A stretch of 64,000 bases of DNA from Vicugna vicugna (taxonomy: Eukaryota), in the NCBI GenBank assembly GCA_013265495.1, contig MU062317.1:1178001-1242000 (forward strand), in the 5' to 3' direction. A program made the translations under genes and the position numbers. The notes beneath the pieces were generated by a model. That model saw only the letters and a program-made list of their open reading frames with translations. It ran no database searches and was not told the DNA's origin. Below, in pieces: positions 22,935-35,703 of the stretch (the stretch's first letter is position 1; every line of letters starts with the position of its first letter).

Positions 22935-23180
22935 GTGGGTCCCGGTTGCTGCTGCAACAAATCGCCCTAAACTTGTGACTTAGAACAACACACATTTTTC
23001 CCGTAAGTTCCAGGGGTCAGAGGTCCTACGTGGGCCTCACGGTGCTGGCGGGGCTGTGTTCCCTCCAGAGGCTCCAGGGGGACGGGGCCCTGCCTTTCCA
23101 GGGTCTGGAGGCACCTGCCTTCCTGGGCACGCTGCCTCGTCTCTCTCACCTCTGCTCCTGTCCCTCACGGAGTCTCTGAG
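22935..23180 (-). mobile_element. MLT1 (C/D-like) LTR fragment
   Basis: Antisense hallmark 'ttgctgctgcaacaaatcgccctaaacttgtgacttagaacaacacacatttttcccgtaagttccagggg...ctgtgttccctccagaggctccagggg'. Confidence 0.8.
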
Positions 23181-23599
23181 GGGGCTCCCGGGGCTCGGCC
23201 GGGCAGGCGGGGGTGACAGGCCCCGCTGCCCGCTTCCACGGGCCTCCCACCCCGACAGGAGCTGCCCTCGTCCCAGATTGGTGACGTGGGCACCGCCTTG
23301 CGCAGGCGGCCTTTCATATCGCCCAGGTGCGGTCTGGTCCCCAGGCGACCAGAGCCGAGTCCACCTGCAGCCCTCGGCTCCGCTGGGGACTCGGACTCGG
23401 TTAGAAAGTGAGTCACACTCCCCGTAGCTCCCGTGACACCCCCTGGGCAGCCCCACTGCGCGTGGCACTGTGCACACCGGGGGGGGGGCAGTGGGCGGGG
23501 CCGCGCTGGGACCGGCCCAGCACCCTGGGCTTTCACAGGGGCGAGGCCACCAAGTGGGAGGGCCCAGGGCCAACGAAGGAGCGTGACTCTGGGGCCATG

Positions 23600-24078
23600 G
23601 TCCACACAGAAAGTCACAAATATTCACACCGGCTCCGCTCACAATAGCCACAAATAGGAAACAGCCCCAAGTCCATCAGCAGATGCAGATAATCACAGTA
23701 GGTCGGCGCGGGTCAGCCCGGTGGAATATTATTCAGCCGTCGAAAGGAATGAATTGCTGACGTGGGCTACAACCCGGAGGCACCTCAAAAATAGTTACGC
23801 TCATGAAACAAGGCAGGTCCAAAAGGCCACACAGCACACGGCCCAGTTACACAAAACATCCGGGACGGGCAAATCCACACGCACAGAACTGGATTTGTGG
23901 TTGCCTGGAGCTGGCGTGGGGTGGGGGGTGGGTAGGGGATAAGGGTGAGTGCTGAAGGGAATCGGGGTTTGAGGTGACGAGAATGTTCCAGTGCTCGTGG
24001 TGGTGAGGGGGGCACAAAGGCTGTGAATATCCCAAAAGCTCTGAATCGTAGTTTAAGTGGGTGAGCTGTGCGTTAGTG
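23600..24078 (+). mobile_element. Ancient L1 (L1MB/L1M-type) 3' end
   Basis: 'cacaatagccacaaataggaaacagccccaagtccatcagcagatg...ggaatattattcagccgtcgaaaggaatgaattgctgac...aaggcaggtccaaaaggccacac...gtggttgcctggag' follows the L1M 3'UTR pattern. Confidence 0.85.
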
Positions 24079-24336
24079 CTCAGTGAAGAAACAGTCATGG
24101 TGGGGGCAGAACTGTGCTCACCCTGGGAGCCCAGCCCGGCCCCCTCCCCACCAGCCCCGCCGCGGCGGGGCGAGGGCCGCGCCCCAGGTGCCTGGACCAT
24201 CACTCCTACGCGCGCCCCCGGCGTCTGTCCAGGCTGGCCCTGGTGGCGGCGGGGGTGGGGGATCCGCCCTCGGCTCCCACTCACTCCAGCCCTGGCCCCA
24301 GCTTCCTGCTTTTATTCTCCTGCGAACACTCACCGC

Positions 24337-24527
24337 TGGGATTGCCAGGTATTGTCCAGGACGCCCAGTTATTTCCGAATTTCAGAGCAGCAACACTGAA
24401 TGTTCCAGAGTAAATGTGTCCTAACATTGCCCAGAACACGCTTAGAGTAAACCGTTGCTCGTGGTTGAGCTGCGCTCACATTTAACTGGGTGTCCTGGAT
24501 TTTTATTTGCTAAATCTGGCTGCCCTG
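24337..24527 (-). mobile_element. MER53 non-autonomous DNA transposon (palindromic MITE)
   Basis: ~190 bp with inverted arms: 'gggattgccagg...caggacgcccagttatttccgaatttcaga' and 'catttaactgggtgtcctggatttttatttgctaaatctggctgccctg'. Confidence 0.85.
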
Positions 24528-25257
24528 CCTGGAGCCCTGTGTGGGCCACACACTCAGACCCCAGGACCCAGGGAAGGTAGGTCCCAGAGGGACCAAGTCT
24601 CTGCCCAGAACGGCCACAGCTGCAGTGCCGCCACTCACCACCAGGGGCCTCTGGGTGCCGGGGCCTCCTGGGTCCCCAGCTTGGGTCCCCAGCTTTGGCC
24701 CCAAGACCTGGGGCGGGGAGCCCTTGCTGCAGAGCTGGCTTTGCTCCCGCGTGTCCGCGGAGGTGCTGCAGTTGTGAGCTGAGCCCAGCCCTCTGTGAAG
24801 CTGCAGCCACCCCAGCACAAGATCCGTGGTGGGGGGTCCCTCCCCCAAGCCTGGGGGTCCCGGCCCCTTGGCTGCGAGGCTGAGTCAGAGGTTCCGGTCA
24901 ACACACAGAACTACGAGGAGTGGGGGCCATGGAGGTCCCCCACGTCTAGTCTGTTCTGTCCTGTTCCTAAATGGGTTTGAGTCTGTCACTTTCTAAGAAC
25001 TGGTGACACCGGCACACCCTGTGGGTGACTGTGGGCATCCCTGCCCGACTGCCCCACGCGGCTCCCCAGCCCCTCAGCACCTGGCGCTCCCATTACCTGA
25101 CTCACCGCCTTCTCCACCCGGACACCACACCCCTGCTCCCATCTTGGACTCCAGCAAAAAACCCATCCTGAGCTCTCTAAAGCCAAAGTCGGGGGGGTCG
25201 GCAGGCCTGGTGTGGTCAAAGCTGGCTGGAGCTGGGCCAGGAGGGCCAGGCCTCTGG

Positions 25258-25370
25258 CAATACTTAGGGTTCTGAAGCCAGGCAGCCAGGTTCAAATCCC
25301 GACTCCCCCACTTCCTGGCTGTGTGACCTTGGGCAAGTTGCTTGACCTCTCTGTGCTGGACTCCCACGTG
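25258..25370 (+). mobile_element. MIR SINE fragment
   Basis: 'ttctgaagccaggcagccaggttcaaatcccgactccccacttcctggctgtgtgaccttgggcaagttgcttgacctctctgtgc' is the MIR core. Confidence 0.9.
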
Positions 25371-27598
25371 GGGCAGCTGTGAAGCATAAGTGAGCAAACT
25401 AATGTCCAGACAGCTGGTAGAACCATGCCCCGGCAGCTGCAGTGAGAGGGCCCACCGTGCTGTGTACCTGAGGCCCCAGACTCTGAGGCAGGAGCCTGTA
25501 GGCGGACAGGCATGGTCTGGGGGACCCCGGAGCCCAGCCACGCGGGCTCACAGTGCTCAGCTGGGAGGGCTGGACTGAGCAAGTGCAGAGGTCAGGGGGC
25601 CCGAGGAGGGCAGCTGTGAGCAGAGGCCGGGCAGACATTGATGGAGGTCTGGGGAGTGGGGTATATGGCCAGACCCTGAGCGTGGGGAGGGCAGGACACA
25701 GGGAGGGGGCACAACTGCCCCCTGACACAGCCTCTCGGCAGAGCTAAGACGAGACAGCGGGGTGCTGAGCCGGCCCCCCTCTGCGAGAGGGTGGGAGGCC
25801 AGGGCTCACCTCCCCACCCGCGGGGTGCCCTGCTGCAGCTGCTCAGGGAGCCGCCATCACGTGGCCTCTGCTGAGGGTTCCCCCCCACCGGCTTTTGATA
25901 TTTGGGGCCCACTTTTATATTTTAATGCGTGTTTTTATGGAAATATTTATGGTGCACATGTAGCACATAAAACACCATTGTAAAGTCATTCTGCCCCAAC
26001 GTTGCTGAAATAAATGATGGTGTTAGTGTTACAATTTCACAGGGTTCTATCTGGCCGTAATGAGAAAGGTCTGGCCTGCTGTGGCCGCCATCCCCGGAGC
26101 TTCCGCGTCCGCCTGCGCGCAGGAACAGCCCAGGAGCGTCTGTCCCCTGCCTGGGGGCGGGGCTGGGCCTCGGGAGCCCGGGGCCTTCCTCAGAAAGCTG
26201 CTCAGGGGGTCAACCCTTCCTGGCCCTGCCTCAGTTCCCCCACTGGTGAACGGGCAGCGGTGAGCCCTCTGGCCACTCGCTCCTGCCTCGGGGGAATAGG
26301 GACACGTGCGACGACCCTGGGACGACACGCCCCACCTTGGCCGGACGCCTCTTAGGAATTCCCACCTGACTAGTTTGCTCCAGGTCCAGAGCCAGGATCC
26401 TGGAATCCGCCCTGATCGAGGACGCTCCTGGCCCCTCAGTCACGAAGCCTCGAGAACACACGGTCCCTTTGGCCCAACCTTCCCGATGGTCTGAAAGGGG
26501 ACACAGCTCGGGCCCCGACGTGAGTAGGTTTAAAAATTCATGCGCGGTCATCGGAAAGCCTTCCCCAGGCAAGGAGCCTTCCCCCGCGTCTCCATCCCGG
26601 GGAGGCCGCAACAATGAATAATTGAGTGTTCCTGCCGCGAAACCTCCACGGGGGCAGCGAAAGGAATTATCATTAAAAGCAACACTGGGGTTCCTCCAGG
26701 ACTGTGGGTAACAGAGCAGAGCAGAGGGCACAGGTAACCAGGCCCAGGTGACCCCAGGCAGACCTGGGGGCTCGGCGAGGACCATCTGCAGGGCAGGGAC
26801 CCCCGGGGTCCGTCTCCCACAGGCACCGCGGGAACCAGACGGTGGGATAGCAGCGTCCGTGCGGAGCCAGCTTACCTGGTGGGGGGGTTAGCATTATCAG
26901 CAGGAGCACAGGGGCCCAGACTGTGCCGGGAAACACCACTGTCCCCTAGGAAGCTCTGCAGGAACCCTGGCAAAGCCCGCGTTCATTTCAGAAGGTGGGG
27001 CTGTCAGCCCAATTCCCCAGGGACCGACCGCCGTGGCGGGCAGGGGGCATCGTCCGGCTGACACCCATTTTCAGATGAGAGGCGGGGGTCAGAACAGCCG
27101 TGCTTCCTCAGGTCACCCGGCAGGGGCAGGGACCCAACGCGAGCCAGCCTTCCGGCCCCCGCTCGCTCCCCACCCCCGCTGCCCCCGCCTGCCGTCCGGA
27201 GTCGCGAAGGCCAGGGCAGTGGGGCGAACTGAACACGTCGATTTCGTGTGCCTAAGCGCCTTTGTAAACGCTGGGCGCAGGGCGGCCCTGAGCCAAACCT
27301 CCCGCACCCACTGACCGCCCAGCACGCCAGGAGGCAGGACGAGGTTTGACAATTGATTGCTCAGTTCTTCTAAGATCTCACAACCGCTCCCGTGACTCTG
27401 AGGCGCAGGGTGCCGGGTGCCAGCGTGACTGGAAATCCGAGTGACTTTGAGAGCCCCTGCAGCTGGTGTGGGGCGGGGGGCCCCAGCAAGACCCCACAGA
27501 GACCTCAGACGTCTGACCCCACAGCCACCCTCAGGGCAGGTCGCTTCACCCCCTCGGCCTCAGCTCCCTGCTCATAAGAGGCCCCGACAGGGCCCTGG

Positions 27599-28017
27599 TG
27601 CTGGGGGCTGAACTGCATCCCCCAGAAGACATGGTGATGTCCTAAGCCGGTACCTGTGAACACCATCTCCTTGAGATGGGGTCTTTGCAGACGTGATCAG
27701 TTTACGATGAGGACAGCGGGCTGGGCCTTGCTCTGACATGACTGGTGTCCTCGTGGGAAGAGGAGGCAGTCACAGGGAGAAGGCGTGTGACACGTGACAA
27801 TGCAGGCAGACATTGGGGTGATGTGGCCGCAAGCCGAGGGACCCCTGGAGCCGGAAGAGGCAGGAAGGAGCCTCCTCTGGAGCCTCTGGAGAGGGCGTGG
27901 CCCTCCGGACACCTTGACTTGGGACTTGCGGCCTTCACAACCGGGGAAGAACACACTTCTGTTGTTTGCAGGCCCCAGCGTGGGGCTTTGCCGACCCGGC
28001 CGCCCTGGGACACCCAC
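27599..28017 (+). mobile_element. MLT1C/D-like solo LTR, near full length
   Basis: 'gggctgaactgcatccccc...gtacctgtgaac...ggggtctttgcagacgtgatcagtttacgatgagg...gactggtgtcctc...ggaagaggcaggaagga...cttctgttgttt'. Confidence 0.85.
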
Positions 28018-29164
28018 GTGGCCTGGAGCTCACGGTACACAGCAGGCGCTGAATAAACAACGTGTGTCCAAGTGTCATGAAACAAAGGAGGACAGGACGG
28101 AAAGCGCAGGACGGGAGCGCGTGCGGCTTTCACAGTCTGCGAACAGCAGATGAGCAGACGGTGAGCAGGAGGGGCCCCCAGGCTTTGGGGAGCGGGTGCC
28201 GGGGCTGAGCATACAGCTGCCCGCGGCCAGTGGGGCCCAAGGGTCAAGCTCAGGGACCCGAGGCCCTGACTGTGGGACACAGGGACAGACCCCAGGGCCC
28301 CACCCCGCGGGCCACACCCGCTTGGTGGACGGCTCTGCAGGCCCCTCGCCCTGAGCTGCCTCACTGAACACGCAGCTCCCCAGTGTCCCCACCGCCTGCC
28401 CTACACCTTCCTCTATTTGTTCACTTTTGGGGGTGAAGTAAGTGTTTCCTTTTGTTCCCAGCAAATGCGTCTCCCACATTTTTGCATGTCTTACATATTC
28501 AAGCATGTAAAAGAGCGGAAACACGCGTAGCTTATTTATTATTTAGGGCACTTTTTCTTGATAAAACAGAAACCCCACATTGGAAGGCGCGTTTTGCGTT
28601 TCATTTCCATTAACGCCTCTCGTTAAAGTTTAAAGCCTGCTTTGTCCCCGGACCTGAGGCCTGATATTTCCGTCTGTCAGGGAACACCGCTGTGCTTGTC
28701 GACATGACAGGGAGAGAAAAGCGCCAACGGGACGGGAAATGCCAGCCTGTCAGCCTCACGATGGGGCCGGGAACGCAGACGGGGTGGGCGGGGCGGGCGG
28801 CCCGGGCTCAGGACCCGCTTTGGGAAGGAGGCCCCAGATCAGAGCTCCCGTGGGGGCTGCTGCCGCTGTCTGTCTCTGAGGTGGAGCGGACTCGGGCCCA
28901 GAGAGCCCGGCCAGCTGCCCCCCGGCCCGCGCCCGGGCACAGGCACAGGTGTGGACGTGGGCGCACTCAGCCAGGCGCGCGAGGGTGCAGCTGGGTGCGC
29001 ACACCCGGAGCGGGGCTGCGGGTCCCCGTCCGCTGCGTTTGCATGTGTGCCCCGCCCCGTGAGGCGGGCCCAGGGCAGTCAGCCCCCAGGGGCCCCAGGG
29101 CACATGGTCTGCCTGAGGGCCAGAGGGGCCCTGGGCCCTGGGCATCGGGTGAGCCCTTCCAGAA

Positions 29165-29285
29165 TGTGGGGGGGTGTGCACACGTGTGAGTGTGCGCGCC
29201 CACCTGTACGTGGGCGTGTGTACACTGTGTGCACGTGTGTGCGTGTGAGCACGCGCACACGTCTGAGTGTGCGTGCACGTGCGCA
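29165..29285. repeat. Degenerate (TG)n/TGCA/TGCG tract
   Basis: Directly visible. Confidence 0.85.
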
Positions 29286-32200
29286 CTGGGGCTTTGCCCT
29301 CTCACGCCTCCCCGGCCACTCCCTCAAAGCTGGGGGAGACTCCAGAAGAGACCAACGGGGAAGGGGCTTACTTCCCACCCCAAGAGCCTGGAGTCTCGGT
29401 TCGAGTGTTCAGGGAACAGAGAACTGGGGACAAGTTTACGCTGTGACGCTGCCCGGACCCCAGCCGGGCCGGGTGGTGGCCAGGCCTTCGTGGACCTGGG
29501 GCCTCCTGGGAAGGGCTTTCCCTGCCAGAGACTGAGCTGGGCGCCACCCAGGACCCCCCTGGCAGCACTGCCCGGCCCTCTGAGGACCCGGCCAAGGTGG
29601 GGGTCCCCACGCCCACACCCGCTCACAGCCCGGGGGACAGAGCCAGCCACGGGGCCCTTCCCAGCAGGGAGGAGGCTCTGGGACTGTGTCTCCATCTTTC
29701 CTGGGAAGCTCTTCTGCACAAGCAGTTTTCTCTGCCTTCTCTAGAGCTCTCTGGAGGCTCCTGCAAGCCTGGCCGCGGTCTGCAGGGCTGCAGGCAGGAC
29801 AGGGGGCCCCAGGCCTTGTAGGGAATCACTCCCACCGCCCAGCCTCCCCTCCCAGCCCCTCATCACCACCATCAGACTCACCACCTTGTTTGTGGAAGAA
29901 ATCCTCAGGCAAGATAAAGGGGAGGCAGCTTCCCCCACCGCCCAGCTGCTCCTAGGGCCACCTGAGCCCCCGGCCTCGGGGAAAAGCCCTTTGACGCTGG
30001 AATCAGACTCAGGGAAGCTCCCCAGTGGAGCCCAGCAGACGTGGACGGCATGGGAACAGGAAGCTGGCGCAGGAGGAGGGCGGCCCCGTGTCCTGGAGCA
30101 GCCCCGTGGAGAACACTCCTTGGGCAGGCGGGGGGCACGCAGCAAATGCAGAGCGGGTTCCAAGCCGGCCCAAGGCTCCTCCCGGTTTCCCTGGGGAAGA
30201 CCCTCCCTGGGCAGGTGGAGAGAGGCACTGCCAGCCACGGGCCGAAGGGGCCAGAACCATTCAGGGTGCCCACCGCCCATCAGAGGAAGCAGACGGGGTG
30301 GCTCTGGGAGCCACACTCCCCATGGACACATCTGCCCATCCACTCCCGGACCCTGCTCCACCTCCCGGCCCCCTGCCCTGGCCTGGACAGCAGCAGTAAC
30401 ACCTGTGTCCTCTGGCTTCTGGAAGGTTCCATCCAGTGGGAGCCCGTGCAGGTGACAGCCAGGAGGGGCATTTGAATCAGGGGAGTTGTCCCCTTCCCCG
30501 GCTGGGGCTGCTCCCCTCCCAGGTCCCAGCTCCGCAGATGACTATCTCAACCCCTTGTCTTCTAGCTCAGGCAACTCTCCCCGACCTCATCCTCCAGGCC
30601 GGGGGGCAGCCAGCTCCTGCCCTGCCCGTCTTAAGTCCTGTCAGGCCTGGTCCTGGCTAGGACATCTCAGCCCCAAGTCTGTGCCCCAAGGGCCAGCGCC
30701 TCCCTGAGGGCAGTGGTCCCTGGAGGCTGGGGAATGGTGCACAGAGGCCCCCAGGAGCTGGCTCTGGAGCCAGAGTGCCAGGGGCTGGGAGATACGTGCC
30801 TCCTGTCCCTGGTCCCATCCCAAGAGGCCTTGGCCAAGCTCTCCTACCCTGGGAGCCCCAGGTAAGGCCTGGCTGCCATCAGACGGGCCCCGAGGGCAAC
30901 ACCAGCTCTCTTCCCGTTGGTGGCCATGCACGGGCAGCCAGGGACGCTCTCCACCCTCTGGGATCTCAAGGGAGAAGGAGGCCAGAAAGACTGTCATGGG
31001 CCCCTTGTCCCCAGCCTTCAGCTCATGAAGGTTGGGCAAGGCCTCAAGGACAGTAGGGGGCATGTAGTCACACGTGCAAGGCCCACGAGCCCTCTGGGGT
31101 GAGACGCCACTGCCTGGAGGGTGGTGGGAGGGCCGCGGTCAGACCCGCCAGGGGCGGGTGCTGCCGGCAGCCAGCAGGTGCACCGCGAGAACGCACTGGA
31201 TGTTGGGCCCAACACTTGGGTTTGACTGTGCTGTGCGCCTGCCCAGTGCAGCCCCACAGCCTGCCAGGCACAGGGGCAGAGCTGGGGCGTGAAGCTCTGG
31301 GCTTCTGAAGGAGGGAGGGCCCTGCTGGGCGGGAAGGACGCAGCACAAGGCAGGTTTTCTGGCAGGACCCAACCTGCATCCTCCCTGGAAGAAGTCTTAC
31401 CCCAGGGCAGGGAGCAGCATTGCTCCTCAAGAAAAAGTAGTGCCGCATTTGATTAGTGATGTCTGCCCTGGACATGGGAAGGGGCGACGATGGCGTGAAT
31501 GTCACCTTCTGGCCTTGCCGGCCCCAACCGCACAGCGCTGCACAGGACAGGTGGCTGGGGGGGGGGGTCACTTTTTCTGGGTTGGCTTCCTGCCAGGCTG
31601 TGAACACATGACCCGGCTGAAGGCGCCAGCACCGGGAGGGCTCAGGGAATGTCTGCTGGTGAATGAAGGAAGCAACCTGGGAACAGGGTCTGGGAGGCAA
31701 CTGAGCCCGAGATCCCCTCCCCCTCCCTGGCCGGCTGAGTCAGCAGAGGTCCAGCAAGGACAGGGCGGGGGCAGAGTGGCTCGTGGAGCTGGGGGTACGC
31801 CCCGGCTCCCCTCAGCCCCTGAAGGAACAGGGCAAAGCTGCACAAGGTGCAGAGCTGCCAGCGCAGGCCCCAGGCGGGTGGGGGTGGGTCCTGAGGCCAG
31901 GTGTCAGGGCCACTTGGGACGGGAAGGGAAGGGTGGAGGCCGGGACACTGAGTGGCAGGCACCGTCTGCCCGCAGCCTGCGGATGCAGACACCGGCATCT
32001 CACTGCGTCAGCTCACTGAGAAACACTCGAAGCGAGACTCCAGCAGGGGCAGAGCCGGGGCATGAAACTGTTCTCAAACTCAATCTTTTTTTTTTAAAAA
32101 AAGAAAGAGTCTGTGGCGGTGGCGAGGCTCTGAAAGGGAAGTTCGCCGGGCCCCAGATGGTGCCGGGCCCCTGGGAGGTGTCTCCGTGACTCAGGCTCGG

Positions 32201-35200
32201 GTCCAGCCTCCAGGAGATGGCCTCCGCCCCACACCCAGTGCTGCAGAGGAAGCAGGTAATTAAGACACGGACACGGGGGAAGATCGAAGCGCGGAGGCCC
32301 TGGCTGGCTGCCGGGATGGAGTTTACAGGAACCTGGTGCTGAGGCAAAGCGGGCAGGGGTAGAGCCTCGGGGACTGGCCATGTAAGGAAGGGCTGCCACA
32401 GGCTGCGTGCACCCCAGCCATCCTTGGAGGAGTGGCCAGTGGGTACAAGGGCCACCCCAGTGACACGATCACATTTGCAGAAAGAATGCCTCTGCCTGTG
32501 GTGTAAAAACTGCCCCTGGGAAGACCCCTGGGAACACCCGATCGCCCCCGAGGAGCCGTCACCGAGGAAGGAGGCCTGCTCCGGGTGCTGCCAGCCCCCT
32601 CCAGGGGACCCCCGCCTGCAGCAGCTGTGCCCAGCGTCCACCTTCCACACCACTGGACACCCCCAGCGAGCGTGTGGGACAGGGCTGCTCTGCGCGTCCC
32701 ACAGAGACAATGGGAACGGAAAGCGACGCCCCGCAGCCTGGGAGGGGCAGCCAGAGGCACACAAAGCTTGCGCCACACTCGGACACCACACATGCACACA
32801 CCCCGGGCACAACCGCACGCGTTCACACGCCCCACGTGGCACCCATCCCGCACACTCAGACCCGTGCGCGTGCACACACGCGTGCTCTCGCAGCCCTCCC
32901 CCTCTCCCGTGGCCTCTGAGACACTCAGCAGCCGCTCCCCTCGCGGGAACAGTCACACAAGGCCCAGCTCGACCGCAGACACGCACGCCTCCCGGCTCTG
33001 CCACGGCCTCTAAATGCCGCCTGCCAGCGGAGGCTCGCTCTGTCCCCCGGGCAGCGGGCGCCTGCCAGGTGGGTGAGAAACTCCGTGGCGGTGAGATTTA
33101 TTGAACAGCGAGGCGGCGGCCGGGATGGCACAGCCTGGTCCTCCCACACTGAATTATCTCTGGCAGAAATAAAAATCAGCAGAGCGCTGGGTTTGGATAG
33201 GCTACAATCTGTTAGCAGAAAATTGGACTGTCACCAGCGTGCCATGTTCATTTTGGCTGATTAAAGAGATATTAATCTACTGTCACTGTTACAGCTCTGT
33301 CAGCGGAGCTAACAGGCCACGGGGGCAGGGCTGCCTCGGGGACGGCGGCGCTCGGTGGCTGTGCGGCACACGGATCTGTTCCAAGGCCACCCGCACCCAG
33401 GGAGGGGCTGCCACCCTCGCTGGGGACACAACAGTTCCCTGGGGCAGTTGGTCCTGAGGGCAGAGAATGAGCACGTGGATGCAAGGCTCCAGGCCCCCAG
33501 GGTCCCGGGCTGCGATGGGTCACCTCAGAGGGTGGATCCCGCGCCCCCCACATACCCCTGCACTGGAGGGTCGCCGGTGCCCGCCCTCGTCCGCGCAGAG
33601 AGGCGGCAGCCTTGCACACGGTGCTGCTACATCTCCCAGTGGGCTCGGGGCCACAGGGACGAGGGGCCAAGCCAACAGCAGGGCCACTTAGCGGGAGTGT
33701 ATTTATGAGCTCCTGGGGGCTCAGACCCGCAGAGGAGAGTCTGCTGGCAGCTTCCCCCACACACCTCGGATGGGAGGCTCAGAGGCCAAGTCAGAGGCTC
33801 CGTGTAGACACAACCATGGGGGCTGCCTACCCGGCCACAGCCCGGAGCCCTGGCCCCAGCAGTCCCACCTGGTCCAGAACCCTCTGGAGGAGACACAGCG
33901 TGGGGTGATGTGGCAACTCCTGGGTACCTTACCAACCCAGATGCCTCCGGGGTCGGATCTGCTGGGGCCCAGGGAGGACGCCCCTGTCCAGGGCTTCCTG
34001 GCGGCCTGGGGCAGGGCAGGCACAGTGAAGGGGGTACACAGACGGGGCTGACGGGCCAGCCAGGGCTTGAATGCCCGAGCAGGCTGCCCCTCCCCCTGCT
34101 AGACTGGCACTCCTGCACCCCGAGTCCCACAGCGAGTCCGGGCCTGCTCCCCGACACCAGCAGCCCATGCTGGGTGTGACGCAGACTCCAGGCCTGGGTC
34201 TGCTCTGCTCACCAGAAGCCCCAGGCATCTCTGCCCTGCCCGGTCCCCTTCCCCAGCAGCCAGAGCCCAGCTCAGGGGGCAGGCACGCTGTCCAGTGCTC
34301 CGCACCTGGACTAGGGGTCATCCGGCCCCACCCAAACCACGTGGGCAAGGAACCCAAGACGGCAGTGGCCAGAGACGTTGCCTGGACAAAAGCCACCTTC
34401 TGGCGCGGTTGCCTGCAGAGGGCGGCAGCCCCACGCAGGCCTGCACCACGCCACCCACTTCTCAGCTTGCACTCGATACCTACGACACCCCGGGCGCTGG
34501 CCAGGCCTGCCCTCGTGGGCCTCCTAGCCGCATGGGGACACAGGCAGCAAGGCAGCAAACGTGTAAGCGAAACAACAAAATCCCCCTACAAGCCGCCCCG
34601 GACACCGCCACGCGTGACGGGCTGTGGGGCCCGGAGCCCCCGGGGACCCGGCTGACCCAGGTGCTCTGGCCTCCTAGAGGACCGCCAGGCTCACCTCAGC
34701 TAACCAGCGGTCCCCCGGCACCCCACGCACTCTCTTCAGGGCAAAGCCCGGGTCCAGCAGGGCCCAGGCTCATGGGGCCACGTCGGCACCAGGACTTACA
34801 AAGACCATTGTCAGCCCAGATCACGTGCTGGAGCTGTGGCTGGGCCCCAGGCGGGCACCCATGAGTCCTGTCCCTCCTGGCTGAAGCCCACTCCTAGACC
34901 ACGCCCAGCCAGGAGACACCCAGGACGACCGTGACAGCAGAGACGACCTCCACCCGCAGCCACGCGGCGCACACTCACGCCACACGTGGCAAGGGCACAC
35001 ATCGCAGACGAGGAGCCTGCGGTCCAGAGGTGCACCCAAGCCACACGGCACGGGGGCAGGGGCACTGTTTAACCCAGACGCTCCTGCCACCAACGCTGGC
35101 TGTCTGGACCTCGAGGTGGCTCTGTGTCCAGAGCTCACATGCTCTCCTCAGCCGGGTCAGGCCGCCCAGGCGCGGGGTGGAGCCAGGACAGGATGGGGCC

Positions 35201-35348
35201 ACAGGTGGGTGGACGGTGGCCCTCTCCGACCCCCTGGGACACTTCTGCTGGGCCTTGGCCTGCACCCCTGACTGGCCTCTAAGGGGACACGGTCCTGGCT
35301 GAGCATCGCAGACAGAGGTAGGGTTGGGAGTGGGGCTGTAGCGCCTCC

Positions 35349-35703
35349 TGTGTCAGTGTCCCCGGGCTGCCGCAAGGGACGGGGCTGCTCAAACAGCCCC
35401 CCATCCCGGAGGCTGGACGTCCAAGACGCAGGCGTGGGCAGGGCTGGTTCCTCCCAACGCGTCTCTCCTCGGCTTGTAGATGGCCGCCTTCTCTCTGTGT
35501 CCTCACACGGTCGTCCATCTGTGTGGGTCTGTGTCCTCATCTCTTCCTCTTACAAGAACATCGGTTCTATTAAATTCAGACCCACCCTGATGACCTCAAT
35601 TCTACCTTAATTAACTCTTTAAAGACCCCAGAGCAGCCACATGCTGAGGCATCACGGCTTGGTGTTTCGGCGTATAAATTTGGGGACATAATCACCCGTG
35701 ACA
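35349..35703 (-). mobile_element. MLT1B-like solo LTR
   Basis: Antisense: 'ggaggctggacgtccaagacgcaggcgtgggcagggctggttcc...ctctcctcggcttgtagatggccgccttctctctgtgtcctcacacggtc...tcttacaagaacatc...cccaccctgatgacctcaatt'. Confidence 0.9.

Noticed and set aside
26871-26955. Minus-strand CAG|GTAAGC donor with an upstream signal-peptide-like string (VFPGTVWAPVLLLIMLTPPP)
   Set aside because: There is no ATG in frame (the ORF-track start is GTG), the acceptor is only moderate, and no downstream exons are supported. Isolated donors are common by chance.
31440-33104. Overlapping 200-330 aa ORFs on both strands (representative of most of the ORF track)
   Set aside because: They are Pro/Gly/Arg/Ala-rich, present in several frames at once, with no domain motifs or exon structure. 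This is expected from stop-codon scarcity at high GC.
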